Origin: Candidatus Woesearchaeota archaeon
GTDB taxonomy: Archaea > Nanobdellota > Nanobdellia > Pacearchaeales > GW2011-AR1
Assembly (NCBI GenBank): GCA_964623495.1
Contig: CAZUTV010000001.1
Span: 116,454 to 180,453, forward strand
DNA length: 64,000 bases
Direction of reading: 5' to 3'
Position 1 is the first letter of the stretch. The number at the start of each line of letters is the position of its first letter. Position numbers and translations under genes: made by a program. Of this stretch, positions 1 to 9,914 are shown one piece after another. The notes under the pieces were generated by a model that searched no databases, had not been told where the DNA came from, and worked only from the letters and a program-made list of their open reading frames with translations.

Positions 1-1173
1 GAAACGCTCAGCAGAGAAGAAAAAACAGTTTTCAGCGTCAAAGGCACTTGCAAGACCACAAACCAAGAAACAACTTCTTTACTGACTTTCACCGGACTAG
101 GCGAAACATTCAGTACAGCATCAACCCTCCAGGAAAGATACGAAGAAAAAGGATCTGAATGGTGCAAATGGAAGCTTGAAAACCTTCTAAAAGAAAGGAA
201 AGAACTAGAAAATAGCTTTAATGAAGAATATGCAAGGTGGTTTTTTGAAGAATATCTGCCAAATTCTGCAGAGGACTGGGAAGGTAAAAAACAGGCAATA
301 GTTAAAATTCACCTCAAGAATATAGAAAACCAAATTGAAACGGCGAAAATGATGGAATGCGCAGGAATTAAAGAGCTATCAGAGTATAGCCTAATAAATA
401 TCAAATATGAGGCTGCTTTTGGCAGCTTAGAATATAACGAAAAAGTTGACGATGTTCGATTCGAAGGAATGACAAGGGATGTAAAAATAATCTCTCCTTC
501 ACTAAAGCTTGTGATAATTCCATCCAAAGAATTCATTAAAGAAGAGCTAAAAAAAGAGATGAATAACTATGATTTCCCGGGATCGATTGAATCAAAATCA
601 CAAAGAAAAAGAACAGGAGGCTTAACTTCAGAAGAACTTCAAATAATAAGGGATAATCCAGAACTGCTCGCTAAGATAAAAACGCTTGCTGAAGGCTACC
701 AGGATGGATACTTAAATGTCCAGATATCTATCACAGATAATGAAGAAATAATATATAATCTTTATGCCAAACTAAATTCAGAAGAGATAAAAGTACAGCC
801 CCTTCCTCCAAAGAATGTTCCAAAAAAAGATGTGGAGATAACAATTCCCTTTGAAAGCATTTATGAAGTTATAAAAAAAGGCATGGAAACTTCATATATA
901 ATTTATGCACCTTGGGATAAATCAATAAGACCTGTAGAAAAGGCAAAAACAATATCCAACCTAATAAGTGCCTGGTTAAAAACCAGAAGTATGATGTCTT
1001 CTATAGAAGTAAATCCTCCAAGGCTCGAAAGCAGCATAAAAGACCTGTTTAAGGAGATTTTCTTTGTTATCCAAGAAGACAAGACAAAAGACGAGATAAC
1101 CAAAACCACAGAAGAAAAACAGATTATAACCTGGGACTCTAAAGGCCAAGTAAGAGTAACCAATCTTAAATAA
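1..1173 (+). CDS. hypothetical protein, 5'-truncated by window edge
   Basis: Frame 1 has no stop from base 1 to TAA at 1171-1173; no family recognised. Confidence 0.75.
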   Translation, partial: ETLSREEKTVFSVKGTCKTTNQETTSLLTFTGLGETFSTASTLQERYEEKGSEWCKWKLENLLKERKELENSFNEEYARWFFEEYLPNSAEDWEGKKQAIVKIHLKNIENQIETAKMMECAGIKELSEYSLINIKYEAAFGSLEYNEKVDDVRFEGMTRDVKIISPSLKLVIIPSKEFIKEELKKEMNNYDFPGSIESKSQRKRTGGLTSEELQIIRDNPELLAKIKTLAEGYQDGYLNVQISITDNEEIIYNLYAKLNSEEIKVQPLPPKNVPKKDVEITIPFESIYEVIKKGMETSYIIYAPWDKSIRPVEKAKTISNLISAWLKTRSMMSSIEVNPPRLESSIKDLFKEIFFVIQEDKTKDEITKTTEEKQIITWDSKGQVRVTNLK

Positions 1174-1291
1174 GGGAGATATCCGACGAGACAAATAGCT
1201 TTTTTTGGATAGAAATATTTAAAAACGTCGGGTTTTTAAATGGATTATATAAAAAACGAGGGAGAAAAAGGACAAGGTCCTAAAAACCAAG

Positions 1292-1378
1292 ATGGAGGAG
1301 GATATTGATCCTCAAAAAAATAAAAGTCCGGAAGAGGATGACGATTTAGACCAAGAGTTTGATTTTCTGGATGAATAA
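1292..1378 (+). CDS. possible 28-aa acidic micro-protein (MEEDIDPQKNKSPEEDDDLDQEFDFLDE)
   Basis: Short ORF read by hand, TATA-like TTATATAA about 40 bp upstream, T-rich tract after stop. Confidence 0.3.
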   Translation: MEEDIDPQKNKSPEEDDDLDQEFDFLDE

Positions 1379-1402
1379 TTTCTTATTTTTATTTTTAATG
1401 TT

Positions 1403-2305
1403 TCATTTTTTTATTTCTAGTTTAATTTCATTATTGCTCTTATCAAGTTCATCTTGGGTGTGATTAATGAATAAGGTTAGCTGATTAACGCTAAGTTTTG
1501 GAACAAATAGATTAGTAAGGCTTATCACCCTCCCATAACCTGCTTCCATAGAGCCAATCTCAAATTCCTTAATCTTCTTGCTATCAGCATAAACCTCAAT
1601 TATGGCGTTGGAAGATTGTCTTAATCCATTATTTCTTACGCTAAAATTCAAATCAAGATATTTTCCTTTCATAAATGCAGAAGCGTCTTCAAAGCTAAGA
1701 TCAGAAAGACTAGAAATTGAGTAAAGGCTATAAAGAGTTTGTATTGTAGAGGAGCTTATTTCCTGGTCACATTTGCTTACATTATACATTATGTCCCAAG
1801 GATCATTAACATGATCAAACCCAAGCACATGCAAAAGCTCGTGGATGGCGACATTTGGCTGTGGGCAAGATGATTCTTTAAATAATAGTATTTTCCCGCT
1901 AAAAATAACATTGAATCTGCCAGATTTTGTTATGTTGACTGGGCCTCCTTCTCCAGCAACAAAAAAGCCCTCTTCTATCTTAGTATTGCTGTCGCAAAGA
2001 ACAGAAATCTGCTCAAAATTTTCGACTGGAAAAAATCTTAGGAGGGTTTTGCTCTCAATTAAATCAAAAGCTCTTTCCATGTCGTCTTTCTTTTGCAGAG
2101 TGCATGACTCTTCAATCCTATAGGAAATCTTGGAATCTGGAAACCTCATATTTTGATAGAATTGGCTTCCCGAACTGCTTGAATTTTCAGGAGATTTTTT
2201 ATAGGGGTAAAATTCGGTGTTTGAAAAAGGAATAAACCAGTAAAAAACCAATAAAATAATCACTAACAAAAAAAACAGAAAGCTAAGAAAAAATTTGGCG
2301 TTCAT
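1403..2305 (-). CDS. membrane-anchored matrixin-like (metzincin) metalloprotease with C-terminal CARDB-like domain
   Basis: HELLHVLGFDH zinc motif, Met-turn DIMY, N-terminal TM helix, VRNNG...DELDKSNN CARDB signature; ATG at 2305 preferred. Confidence 0.85.
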   Translation of the reverse strand: MNAKFFLSFLFFLLVIILLVFYWFIPFSNTEFYPYKKSPENSSSSGSQFYQNMRFPDSKISYRIEESCTLQKKDDMERAFDLIESKTLLRFFPVENFEQISVLCDSNTKIEEGFFVAGEGGPVNITKSGRFNVIFSGKILLFKESSCPQPNVAIHELLHVLGFDHVNDPWDIMYNVSKCDQEISSSTIQTLYSLYSISSLSDLSFEDASAFMKGKYLDLNFSVRNNGLRQSSNAIIEVYADSKKIKEFEIGSMEAGYGRVISLTNLFVPKLSVNQLTLFINHTQDELDKSNNEIKLEIKK

Positions 2306-2365
2306 AAGATAGAACAACAAAAAGATTATATAAACTTATTGCAAAAAGAAAAGGAAAAAAGAAGA

Positions 2366-2515
2366 TTAATATTCGTCTTCATCCCAGGATTTCTTGCCGC
2401 GACTTTCTTCTTCATCTTCAGGATCTTCGTCCATGTCTTCGTCATCTTCATCCCAAGATTTTTCGGACTCATCTTCTTCTTCGTTCATTTCTTCTTCGGA
2501 TTTTTTCTTCGCCAT
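2366..2515 (-). CDS. 49-aa highly acidic protein with duplicated KSWDED motif (absent from ORF track)
   Basis: MAKKKSEEEMNEEEDESEKSWDEDDEDMDEDPEDEEESRGKKSWDEDEY; GGGGTGA SD-like sequence upstream. Confidence 0.7.
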   Translation of the reverse strand: MAKKKSEEEMNEEEDESEKSWDEDDEDMDEDPEDEEESRGKKSWDEDEY

Positions 2516-2642
2516 TTTTTTAAAATCGAATCACCCCAGTTTAATTACGCAAACCAAGATTAGAGGCCTTTTAAAACTTTTCGGCCCTTATTTACCACTA
2601 ATTCATCAACAGCAAGGTTTTTATATAAAAAAATATCAGGGG

Positions 2643-3593
2643 CTAGCACCCTAACTTTTCCTCGGTTATATATTCATAAGCAGAATAAGCGGCAGTGCAG
2701 CCATCTGCCACTCCAGTAATTAACTGCTTGAAGGGCTTGTCCGTAACATCTCCGGCAGCATAGATTCCAGGAACATTAGTCTCTGACGTTTTATGGTCAA
2801 TCACAATTTCAGATTTGCCATTAAGTTTAACCCCAAGAGGCTTTGCTAAATCTGAAATAGCAATATGCCCTATTGACACATATAATCCTTCCAACAGCAA
2901 TTCTTTGTGCCCCCTATATGGCTTGTCTAAAACTATGCTTTTAAGAAATCTCTCTCCTTTTACTTCGAGAATATTGGTGTTGTTTATTATCTCAATTTTC
3001 TTGTTTTTATTTATCTTCTCTAAATTAATTGGCTCTGCTCGCAGTTTATCCCCTCTATAAATAAGATAAACTTTCTTAGCATGCTCTGCAGCAATTAGGG
3101 CGTCTATGGCAGCAGTATCCCCTCCCCCAACCACTGCAACAATTTTTTCTTTGTACAATGGTCCATCACACAAAGCACAATAGCTTATTCCTCTCCCTTC
3201 AAGTTCTTTGCTTCCCGGAACCTCTAATTTTCGCCATTTTGTTCCTGTAGCAAACAAAATTGTCTTAGCCCCATAATCACCCTTGCTGGTTTTTATCTTG
3301 AAACATTTCTTGTCTCTTTTAATCTCCTCAACTTTTTCTTCTTTAACTGTCACAAGACCATAAGATTTGGCATGATCTGCAATTTGTTTTGAAAGATACA
3401 ATCCCGAAGTAATCTTAAATCCCGGATAATTTTCAACTACTTTAGTTGTTGTGATAACCCCCCCTATCGGAAGTTCTGTGCCATGAGAATGCCCAAAAAC
3501 AACGGTTTTAAGCTTAAGCCTTGCAGCATACATCGCTGCAGCTAGTCCGGTTCCTCCTGCCCCAATTACTGCAAAATCATATTTATCGGCCAT
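2643..3593 (-). CDS. trxB: thioredoxin-disulfide reductase
   Basis: GAGGTG FAD motif, CALCDG redox site, GGGDTA NADPH motif, TNVPGIYAAGD. Confidence 0.93.
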   Translation of the reverse strand: MADKYDFAVIGAGGTGLAAAMYAARLKLKTVVFGHSHGTELPIGGVITTTKVVENYPGFKITSGLYLSKQIADHAKSYGLVTVKEEKVEEIKRDKKCFKIKTSKGDYGAKTILFATGTKWRKLEVPGSKELEGRGISYCALCDGPLYKEKIVAVVGGGDTAAIDALIAAEHAKKVYLIYRGDKLRAEPINLEKINKNKKIEIINNTNILEVKGERFLKSIVLDKPYRGHKELLLEGLYVSIGHIAISDLAKPLGVKLNGKSEIVIDHKTSETNVPGIYAAGDVTDKPFKQLITGVADGCTAAYSAYEYITEEKLGC

Positions 3594-3642
3594 AGTTAAG
3601 GATAAGAAAAACTTTATATAAAAAGTTTTGGATTAAAAAGTC

Positions 3643-4539
3643 TTACCTCTCTCTACGCCTTGCGGCATCTCTTCTCTGATCAGCATCATAAGAATTAACG
3701 GGTGCTCTTGGCATTTTGGAATAAATAGCCGCCACCCCAACTCTTCTAACATGGCCCCTATCTAGATCTGGTTTTTTAATTTCTTTTACAGGAATTTCAT
3801 CTCTTTTAGGGGAATCTCTTTGAATAGTCATTCTCTCAAAAAAATCTTCAGCACCAGGAAGCTCTAAAGCATGATTCCACCACACATCACCTTGAATTTT
3901 CCCATTTCTTAAATCAGCTAGTAACCTTAAATTCTCTTCATAAACGCCTTGATCAGAATAAAATCCAAGCAAATCTGCATCAATATGCTTATAAGTTTGG
4001 GGCATTCCACGCTGATAATGTCTACCCAATCTGAAAATCAAAGCAGCACAGGGTTTCTCAAGAGAAAAAGAATCCATATCCCTAGAATGATGAACCATCA
4101 TCTCATATTTATTATTCAAGACATAATTCCCCTCTGGAGTCTTGTGCAGATTTCCGTTATAAAATGCTCGTGATCTCCTTAAACACATCCCGGGATGAGT
4201 TGCTTCTTCTAACACCAAATCAACACAGACTCCTCCAGGAAAAACAAAATGGACATTTGGGGGCTCAAGTAAAAAAGAATAATCTCCATCAAAAGCTCTG
4301 ACAACCGGGAAAACAATTCCGGGATCATCAGAACTTAATCCAAAAAAATAATCAAGCGGATAACCTCCAACATTAAAATCAACTTTAAGATCAAACCTTC
4401 TTCTGCATCTTAATTCTAATCCAGAGTCTTCGTTTCTAATAGTTACAAAATTAAGATCCTCGCTTCTTCCAACATAAGTGTTATTAAGAATTATCTGCCC
4501 GGGAGCAAATTGCCCATTAGCATCAGCGACAATTCCCAT
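3643..4539 (-). CDS. hypothetical protein
   Basis: About 300-aa ORF; ATG at 4539 preferred; no motif recognised. Confidence 0.7.
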   Translation of the reverse strand: MGIVADANGQFAPGQIILNNTYVGRSEDLNFVTIRNEDSGLELRCRRRFDLKVDFNVGGYPLDYFFGLSSDDPGIVFPVVRAFDGDYSFLLEPPNVHFVFPGGVCVDLVLEEATHPGMCLRRSRAFYNGNLHKTPEGNYVLNNKYEMMVHHSRDMDSFSLEKPCAALIFRLGRHYQRGMPQTYKHIDADLLGFYSDQGVYEENLRLLADLRNGKIQGDVWWNHALELPGAEDFFERMTIQRDSPKRDEIPVKEIKKPDLDRGHVRRVGVAAIYSKMPRAPVNSYDADQRRDAARRRER

Positions 4540-4631
4540 AGTTAAAATAAGCAAAAGGAATTTTTAAATATATTTATGGAGCAAAATTCGTTATAAGCAA
4601 CATACTTAAACCAAAAAAACAAAGAATAAAT

Positions 4632-5183
4632 GTGGACACCATATCACACGGACTTTGGGCAATTGTTTTAGTAAAGGGGTTTTTCAAAAAGACCAGCCTC
4701 TGGCTTAGTTTTTTATTTGGAATTCTCCCAGACATAATCCCTTTTGGAATTCCTTTCATTCAAATGGTTTTTTCTGGATTTTCTTTTTCAAGAGATCATG
4801 CTCCGCAATTTGTTCCAGGATATACTCATTTTTTATATAATTTTACGCATAGCTTAATTATAGTTCTGCTGGTTTTTCTAGCAGTATATTTATTCAAAAA
4901 AAAGATCTACTTTTTTATGCTTGGCTGGCCACTGCATATTTTAATAGACATTCCTACACACTCCAAGGAGTTTTTCCCAACACCTTTCTTATACCCTCTA
5001 GCAAGCGTTTCAATAGATGGAATTAGCTGGGGGAATCCATACATATTCTTCACAAATTGGATTTTGTTGATAATACTGCTTGTTGTTGTATTCAGAAAAG
5101 AAATAAAGGAAAAAATAAAACACGCCCACGCCGGGAGTCGAACCCGGATCGCATCCGCGACAGGGATGAGTCATAGCCGCTAG
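4632..5183 (+). CDS. membrane-bound metal-dependent hydrolase (YdjM/DUF457-like)
   Basis: MDxxSH, LPD, THS and HILID motifs with hydrophobic segments; 3' end runs antisense into tRNA-Asp. Confidence 0.75.
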   Translation: MDTISHGLWAIVLVKGFFKKTSLWLSFLFGILPDIIPFGIPFIQMVFSGFSFSRDHAPQFVPGYTHFLYNFTHSLIIVLLVFLAVYLFKKKIYFFMLGWPLHILIDIPTHSKEFFPTPFLYPLASVSIDGISWGNPYIFFTNWILLIILLVVVFRKEIKEKIKHAHAGSRTRIASATGMSHSR

Positions 5184-5194
5184 ACCACGTAGGC
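5123..5194 (-). tRNA. tRNA-Asp(GUC), intronless, CCA not encoded
   Basis: Acceptor GCCTACG/CGTGGGC, anticodon arm CATCC-CTGTCGC-GGATG, T arm CCGGG-TTCGACT-CCCGG. Confidence 0.95.
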
Positions 5195-5254
5195 TTTTGT
5201 TTTGCCGGGTGGACTTTAGCAGAATCCGCAGATTCTAGCCTAGACCACGTAGGC
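5180..5254. repeat. 15-bp direct repeat of the tRNA-Asp 5' end (5180-5194 and 5240-5254) flanking a hairpin
   Basis: CTAGACCACGTAGGC twice, 60 bp apart; AGAATC-CGCA-GATTCT between copies. Confidence 0.85.
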
Positions 5255-5334
5255 GCACCCTATAAAATACAAAACTTCATTTTTAAAGCTTACTCCTCAA
5301 AAACATTTATTAAACCAAATGGCTAAGTAGTTAT

Positions 5335-5877
5335 ATGAAAAAGAGGGGTTCTATTCAAAAAGTTGAATCAAAATATCTCCCGGAAATTGTCTATGGAGGA
5401 ATTGATGGCGCTGTGACAACTTTCGCAGTTGTCTCTGGCGCAATAGGCGCTTCATTAAGCTCTGCTGTTGTCCTAATCCTAGGATTTGCAAATCTTATTG
5501 GGGATGGATTTTCAATGTCAATATCAAACTACCTATCCACAAAATCAGAAAAAGAGCTCCATCCAAGGCACAGATGCAGCATCGATAAGAACCCAACAAA
5601 AACAGCCTGGGCAACATTCCTCTCTTTTTTAATAATAGGCTTTATTCCCCTGCTTTCATTTGTGATCGCTGCTGTGCTAAAAAATAAGTACCTTGCATCA
5701 AACCAGTTCATTTTCTCTTTTATATTAACTGGAATCGCACTAGCTATTGTCGGATTATTTAAAGGAGAAATCACAGGAAAGCACCCGGTAAGATCTTCAA
5801 TTGAAACACTAATAATAGGCGGAATTGCGGCAGCACTTGCATTTGGGGTCGGATTTTTTGTTAAATCAATATTATAG
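5335..5877 (+). CDS. VIT1/CCC1 family Fe/Mn transporter
   Basis: IVYGGIDGAVTTFAVVSG and GFANLIGDGFSM motifs. Confidence 0.9.
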   Translation: MKKRGSIQKVESKYLPEIVYGGIDGAVTTFAVVSGAIGASLSSAVVLILGFANLIGDGFSMSISNYLSTKSEKELHPRHRCSIDKNPTKTAWATFLSFLIIGFIPLLSFVIAAVLKNKYLASNQFIFSFILTGIALAIVGLFKGEITGKHPVRSSIETLIIGGIAAALAFGVGFFVKSIL

Positions 5878-5950
5878 AATAAGAAGAAAGACCCTCACCC
5901 CTTCTTTTCTCGTTTTTAAAAACAAAGGATGAAAAAATCTTTGATTTTTT

Positions 5951-7414
5951 CTACTTTTTCTTCTTTTTGCTAATTTTTTTCTTTGGCTTCTTTATCTTTG
6001 CAGTCTTCTTTTTCGGAGGAGGTGCAAGTTTCTTCTTAAAGCTCTCTGGCTTAATTTCAGTTTTCTTTGGCTCTGTCTTTTTTACTTCAATCTTCTTAGA
6101 TTTTATTTCTTTATGCTGGCCAAGCCTGGGCAGCATTGAAGTTTTAGGTTTTATTTCTTTGAACCCGGTATACTTCCAAAGAACAGGAGGAATCTTAATG
6201 CTTCCGTCTTTTTGCTGGAAGTTTTCCATTAAAGCAACTAAACCCCTAGAAGTTGCGATAACTGTGTTATTCAAGGTGTGTGCAAAATACCTCTCTCCTT
6301 TACTCTCAAACTTAATGTTAAGTCTTCTTGCCTGTGCATCTGTAAGATTTGAGCAAGAGCCAACCTCATAATACTCGTTCTTTACAGGGCTCCAGGCCTC
6401 AATATCTACCTGCCTGTTTTTTAAATCACCAAGATCTCCTGAGCACATTTCCAGAACCCTCACAGGTATTCCAAGCTTAGAAAAAAAATCAGTAGTAATC
6501 TCAACCATTCTTTCAAACCATTTTTCAGACTCGCCGGGAGAGCAAATGACTATCATCTCCTGTTTATTAAACTGATGTGTTCTAAAAAGCCCCTTCTCCT
6601 CAATTCCATGAGATCCAACCTCCCTTCTAAAACACATAGAATAGGCTGTTTGAAGCATAGGAAGATCTCTTTCATTAATGGTTTTATTAATAAACTGCCC
6701 TATAAGTGAATGCTCGCTGGTTCCTATCAAATATAAGTCCTCATCTTGAACTTTGTAAATCATAGAGTCTAACTCGGAAAAGCTCACAACGCCATCGACA
6801 ATCTCCTTCCTTATCATCAAAGGAGGTTCTACATACTGAAATCCCTGCTTAACCATATACTCTCTAGCAAAATTGATTAAAGCCTGATTCAAAATAGCCA
6901 AATCCCCTTTCAAGTAATAAAATCCTTTTCCAGACACTTCTGCAGAAATATCAAAATCCAGAATTCCAAGACTTTCTCCAAGCTCAATATGATTTCGGGG
7001 TTTAAAATCAAACTTTCTAGGTACCCCAAATTTCTTAAGCTCAACATTTTCCTTTGAATCTTTTCCAGAAGGAACATGCGGATGTATTATATTGGGGATT
7101 AGCATCAATGAAAGCCTCAATTCACCCTCAAGCTGCTTTCTCTTTTCTTCAATTTTCTCAATCTGCCCGGGAATTTTCTTAGCCATAGCAAGCTCTTTGC
7201 TTACATCTTTCTTCTCTTTCTTAAGCTGGTTGATTGCGAGGGAAATTTTGTTTCTGCTGGCTCTCAAACTATCTTCCTCGTGCTTAAGTTTTCTCCATTC
7301 TTCATCAAGCTTCTTTGCTTTGTCAACAAGAAAAAGCTTTTCATCCTGAAACTTCTTTTTTATATTATCTTTAACTAATTCCGGATTTTCACGTATAAGC
7401 TTTATATCAATCAT
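5951..7414 (-). CDS. serS: seryl-tRNA synthetase with Lys-rich C-terminal tail
   Basis: MIDIKLIR start, coiled-coil arm, GTSE, motif 2 CFRREVG..GLFRTHQF, HTLNNT. Confidence 0.96.
   Translation of the reverse strand: MIDIKLIRENPELVKDNIKKKFQDEKLFLVDKAKKLDEEWRKLKHEEDSLRASRNKISLAINQLKKEKKDVSKELAMAKKIPGQIEKIEEKRKQLEGELRLSLMLIPNIIHPHVPSGKDSKENVELKKFGVPRKFDFKPRNHIELGESLGILDFDISAEVSGKGFYYLKGDLAILNQALINFAREYMVKQGFQYVEPPLMIRKEIVDGVVSFSELDSMIYKVQDEDLYLIGTSEHSLIGQFINKTINERDLPMLQTAYSMCFRREVGSHGIEEKGLFRTHQFNKQEMIVICSPGESEKWFERMVEITTDFFSKLGIPVRVLEMCSGDLGDLKNRQVDIEAWSPVKNEYYEVGSCSNLTDAQARRLNIKFESKGERYFAHTLNNTVIATSRGLVALMENFQQKDGSIKIPPVLWKYTGFKEIKPKTSMLPRLGQHKEIKSKKIEVKKTEPKKTEIKPESFKKKLAPPPKKKTAKIKKPKKKISKKKKK
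6101..6160. repeat. 12-bp direct repeat flanking a GC-rich hairpin, in frame within the serS tail
   Basis: TTTTATTTCTTT at 6101-6112 and 6149-6160; ATGCTG.CCA-AGCC-TGG.CAGCAT between them. Confidence 0.6.
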
Positions 7415-7490
7415 TTTATATAAAAAACAAGAGCATATTTAAATTTAATCTCTTCCAAACTTTTAAAAAAGAAAGATTCTTTTATTTAAC

Positions 7491-8117
7491 ATGGGGATAG
7501 AGGTACTAGCGCAGGCATATAGCTCAATACTTTCAAGTATTCCTTTATGGGCTCAAAAAGCAATTAATTTGCTCTTTCTTATAATGCTGGTTGTGATATA
7601 TGCTGTATTCATTTGGAAGCTCCACAGATTTGTAGCCAAGAAAAATATCTTAGAATTAAATTTAAACAAATACAACACTTCAGAACATCCAATCCTATCA
7701 AAATTCTTTGGGTTCTTATTATACTCTTTAGAATATCTCATAATTTTCCCGATATTAATCTTCTTCTGGTTCTGTGTATTTGGGGTTTTTTTGATCCTAA
7801 TGACCCAAAATATTGAAGTAAGCAACATAATCATTCTAACAGCAACAATAGTTGGCGCAATAAGAGTAATTTCATACCTTCCAAAATTCGGAGAAGCGCT
7901 AGCAAAAGAAATTGCAAAGCTCCTTCCATTAACACTATTAGCAATAGCAATGATAACCCCAAATTTCTTTGACTTTTCAAGGATAATACAAAATCTCAGT
8001 GAGATCCCAGAGTTTGTGGGGGAGATAGCGGCATACCTCGTATTCATACTGGCATTAGAAACAATCTTAAGATTAATCGACTCAATAGCTTCTGCCTGGA
8101 GACCGGAAAAATCTTAG
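7491..8117 (+). CDS. multi-pass membrane hypothetical protein
   Basis: 208 aa, about 5 hydrophobic segments. Confidence 0.75.
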   Translation: MGIEVLAQAYSSILSSIPLWAQKAINLLFLIMLVVIYAVFIWKLHRFVAKKNILELNLNKYNTSEHPILSKFFGFLLYSLEYLIIFPILIFFWFCVFGVFLILMTQNIEVSNIIILTATIVGAIRVISYLPKFGEALAKEIAKLLPLTLLAIAMITPNFFDFSRIIQNLSEIPEFVGEIAAYLVFILALETILRLIDSIASAWRPEKS

Positions 8118-8171
8118 CCTAATTTATCCATATAATTTTTAAACCAAGGCACCCTATTAATAAAATAAAAG

Positions 8172-9884
8172 ATGGTGAACCCAATATTTACTCAACTTAG
8201 CCTGGTATTATTGATTGTGTTAGGGGTCTCTCTTGTGATGAGGATTCTTAAGCAGCCGTTAATAATTGGGTATATTATTGCAGGAATCTTAATAGGTCCT
8301 GTTGTTTTTGATTTGCTTCCGCATACAGAGACTATCTCTACTTTTTCTGAAATGGGAATTGCATTTCTGCTTTTTATCGTTGGACTGCACCTAAGCCCAA
8401 AGGTAATAAGGGAGGTCGGAAAAATATCTCTAATAACAGGAATAGGCCAGGTTTTGTTTACTTCAATAATAGGATATTTTATTTGCTTGGCATTAGGATT
8501 CAACTCAATAACCTCTGTTTACATTGCTGTTGCATTAACCTTTTCCTCAACAATCATAATCATGAAACTGCTTTCAGACAAAGACGCATTAGACAAATTA
8601 TATGGAAAGATCTCAATTGGTTTTCTTCTGATCCAGGACCTAATAGCAATAATTATTCTAATAGTAATCTCTTCTTTTTCTGGGAAAGGAAGCGGGGCAA
8701 CTTCAGCTCTCTTAACCCTCGGAAAAGGCACCCTGATTATTGCAGTGCTATTCCCACTTTGCTATTATCTTCTGCCTAAATTCAGCTCTTTCTTTGCAAA
8801 ATCCCAAGAGTTTTTGTTTGTATTCGCTATATCCTGGGGTTTGGGATTTGCGGCACTATTCTCGTATATGGGCCTATCCATAGAGGTCGGGGCATTAATT
8901 GCAGGCGTGTTGCTGTCAGTATCGCCATATGGCTATGAAATAAGTTCTAAATTAAAATCCCTAAGAGACTTCTTCATAATATCCTTCTTTATACTGCTAG
9001 GTTCACAAATGATATTCACAGATATAAGCAGATACATCATCCCCGCAATAGTGCTTTCATTATTCATTCTTATAGGAAACCCCCTAATAGTCATGATTTT
9101 AATGGGTTTATTTGGATACGGAAAAAATACCGGGTTTATGGCGGGCCTTACAGTCGCACAGATAAGCGAATTTTCCTTAATTCTCGTCGCTCTTGGGGCA
9201 AAACTCGGCCATGTTTCAAACGAAATTCTCTCTTTTGTAACAATAATAGGGCTGATAACTATTGCTGGCTCCACATACTTGATTATGTATTCAGATAAAG
9301 TATACCAGAAGATTTCAAAACGCCTTGGTATCTTTGAAAAAAAGAAGATAAAAGAAAAATTAATAATAAGTGAAAATTATGAATACGTTCTTTTCGGGGA
9401 GAACAGAATAGGATTTTCAATAATGAAAAAGTTCATTGAGTTAAAAAAGAAATACATTATTATAGACTTCAACCCAGAAAGAGTCAAAAAACTGCAGAAA
9501 CGAGGGATAAACTGCGTTTATGGAGATGTTTCCAACTCAGACCTTATTGATGAGCTAAAACTGGACAAGGCAAAGCTAATTGTCTCGACAATTCCAGAAA
9601 CAGAAGTCAGCACAATGCTACTTAACAAAATAAAAAGAAAGAATAAAAATGCAATAGTCATAGTGACCGGAAGGCAGATATCTGAAGCATTTGATCTTTA
9701 TAAGACAGGAGCAGATTATGTAATCATGCCCCATTTCCTGGGGGGAGAATATACTGCAGAGATTATAGAAAAAGCAGGGGATGAAAAAGTGGAGTATGAG
9801 ATAGAAAAAGCAAGGCATATTGCTGACCTAAAAGATAGGTTAAAAGAAGGGCAAGAGCATCCTTCGGTTGAAAAAGACCACTAA
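8172..9884 (+). CDS. Kef-type (CPA2) cation/H+ antiporter with TrkA-N/RCK domain
   Basis: FSSTIII, QDL, QISEFSL motifs; C-terminal IIIDFNP...YGDVSN...GADYVIMP. Confidence 0.9.
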   Translation: MVNPIFTQLSLVLLIVLGVSLVMRILKQPLIIGYIIAGILIGPVVFDLLPHTETISTFSEMGIAFLLFIVGLHLSPKVIREVGKISLITGIGQVLFTSIIGYFICLALGFNSITSVYIAVALTFSSTIIIMKLLSDKDALDKLYGKISIGFLLIQDLIAIIILIVISSFSGKGSGATSALLTLGKGTLIIAVLFPLCYYLLPKFSSFFAKSQEFLFVFAISWGLGFAALFSYMGLSIEVGALIAGVLLSVSPYGYEISSKLKSLRDFFIISFFILLGSQMIFTDISRYIIPAIVLSLFILIGNPLIVMILMGLFGYGKNTGFMAGLTVAQISEFSLILVALGAKLGHVSNEILSFVTIIGLITIAGSTYLIMYSDKVYQKISKRLGIFEKKKIKEKLIISENYEYVLFGENRIGFSIMKKFIELKKKYIIIDFNPERVKKLQKRGINCVYGDVSNSDLIDELKLDKAKLIVSTIPETEVSTMLLNKIKRKNKNAIVIVTGRQISEAFDLYKTGADYVIMPHFLGGEYTAEIIEKAGDEKVEYEIEKARHIADLKDRLKEGQEHPSVEKDH

Positions 9885-9914
9885 ATCTTTTAAATAAACT
9901 CCATAAATAGAAAA

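Noticed and set aside
1178..1242. Possible fourth copy of the structured element (GAGACAAATAG; AAAAAC..GTTTTTAAATG)
   Set aside because: Loop and stem geometry do not match the other three, and the A-run overlaps an ordinary TATA box; too weak without a covariance model.
5967..6371. Many antisense ORFs of 60-210 aa overlapping serS, the ATPase, eif2g, gyrA/B and surface genes
   Set aside because: Shadow frames of well-supported genes with low-complexity Ser/Phe/Leu composition and no motifs.
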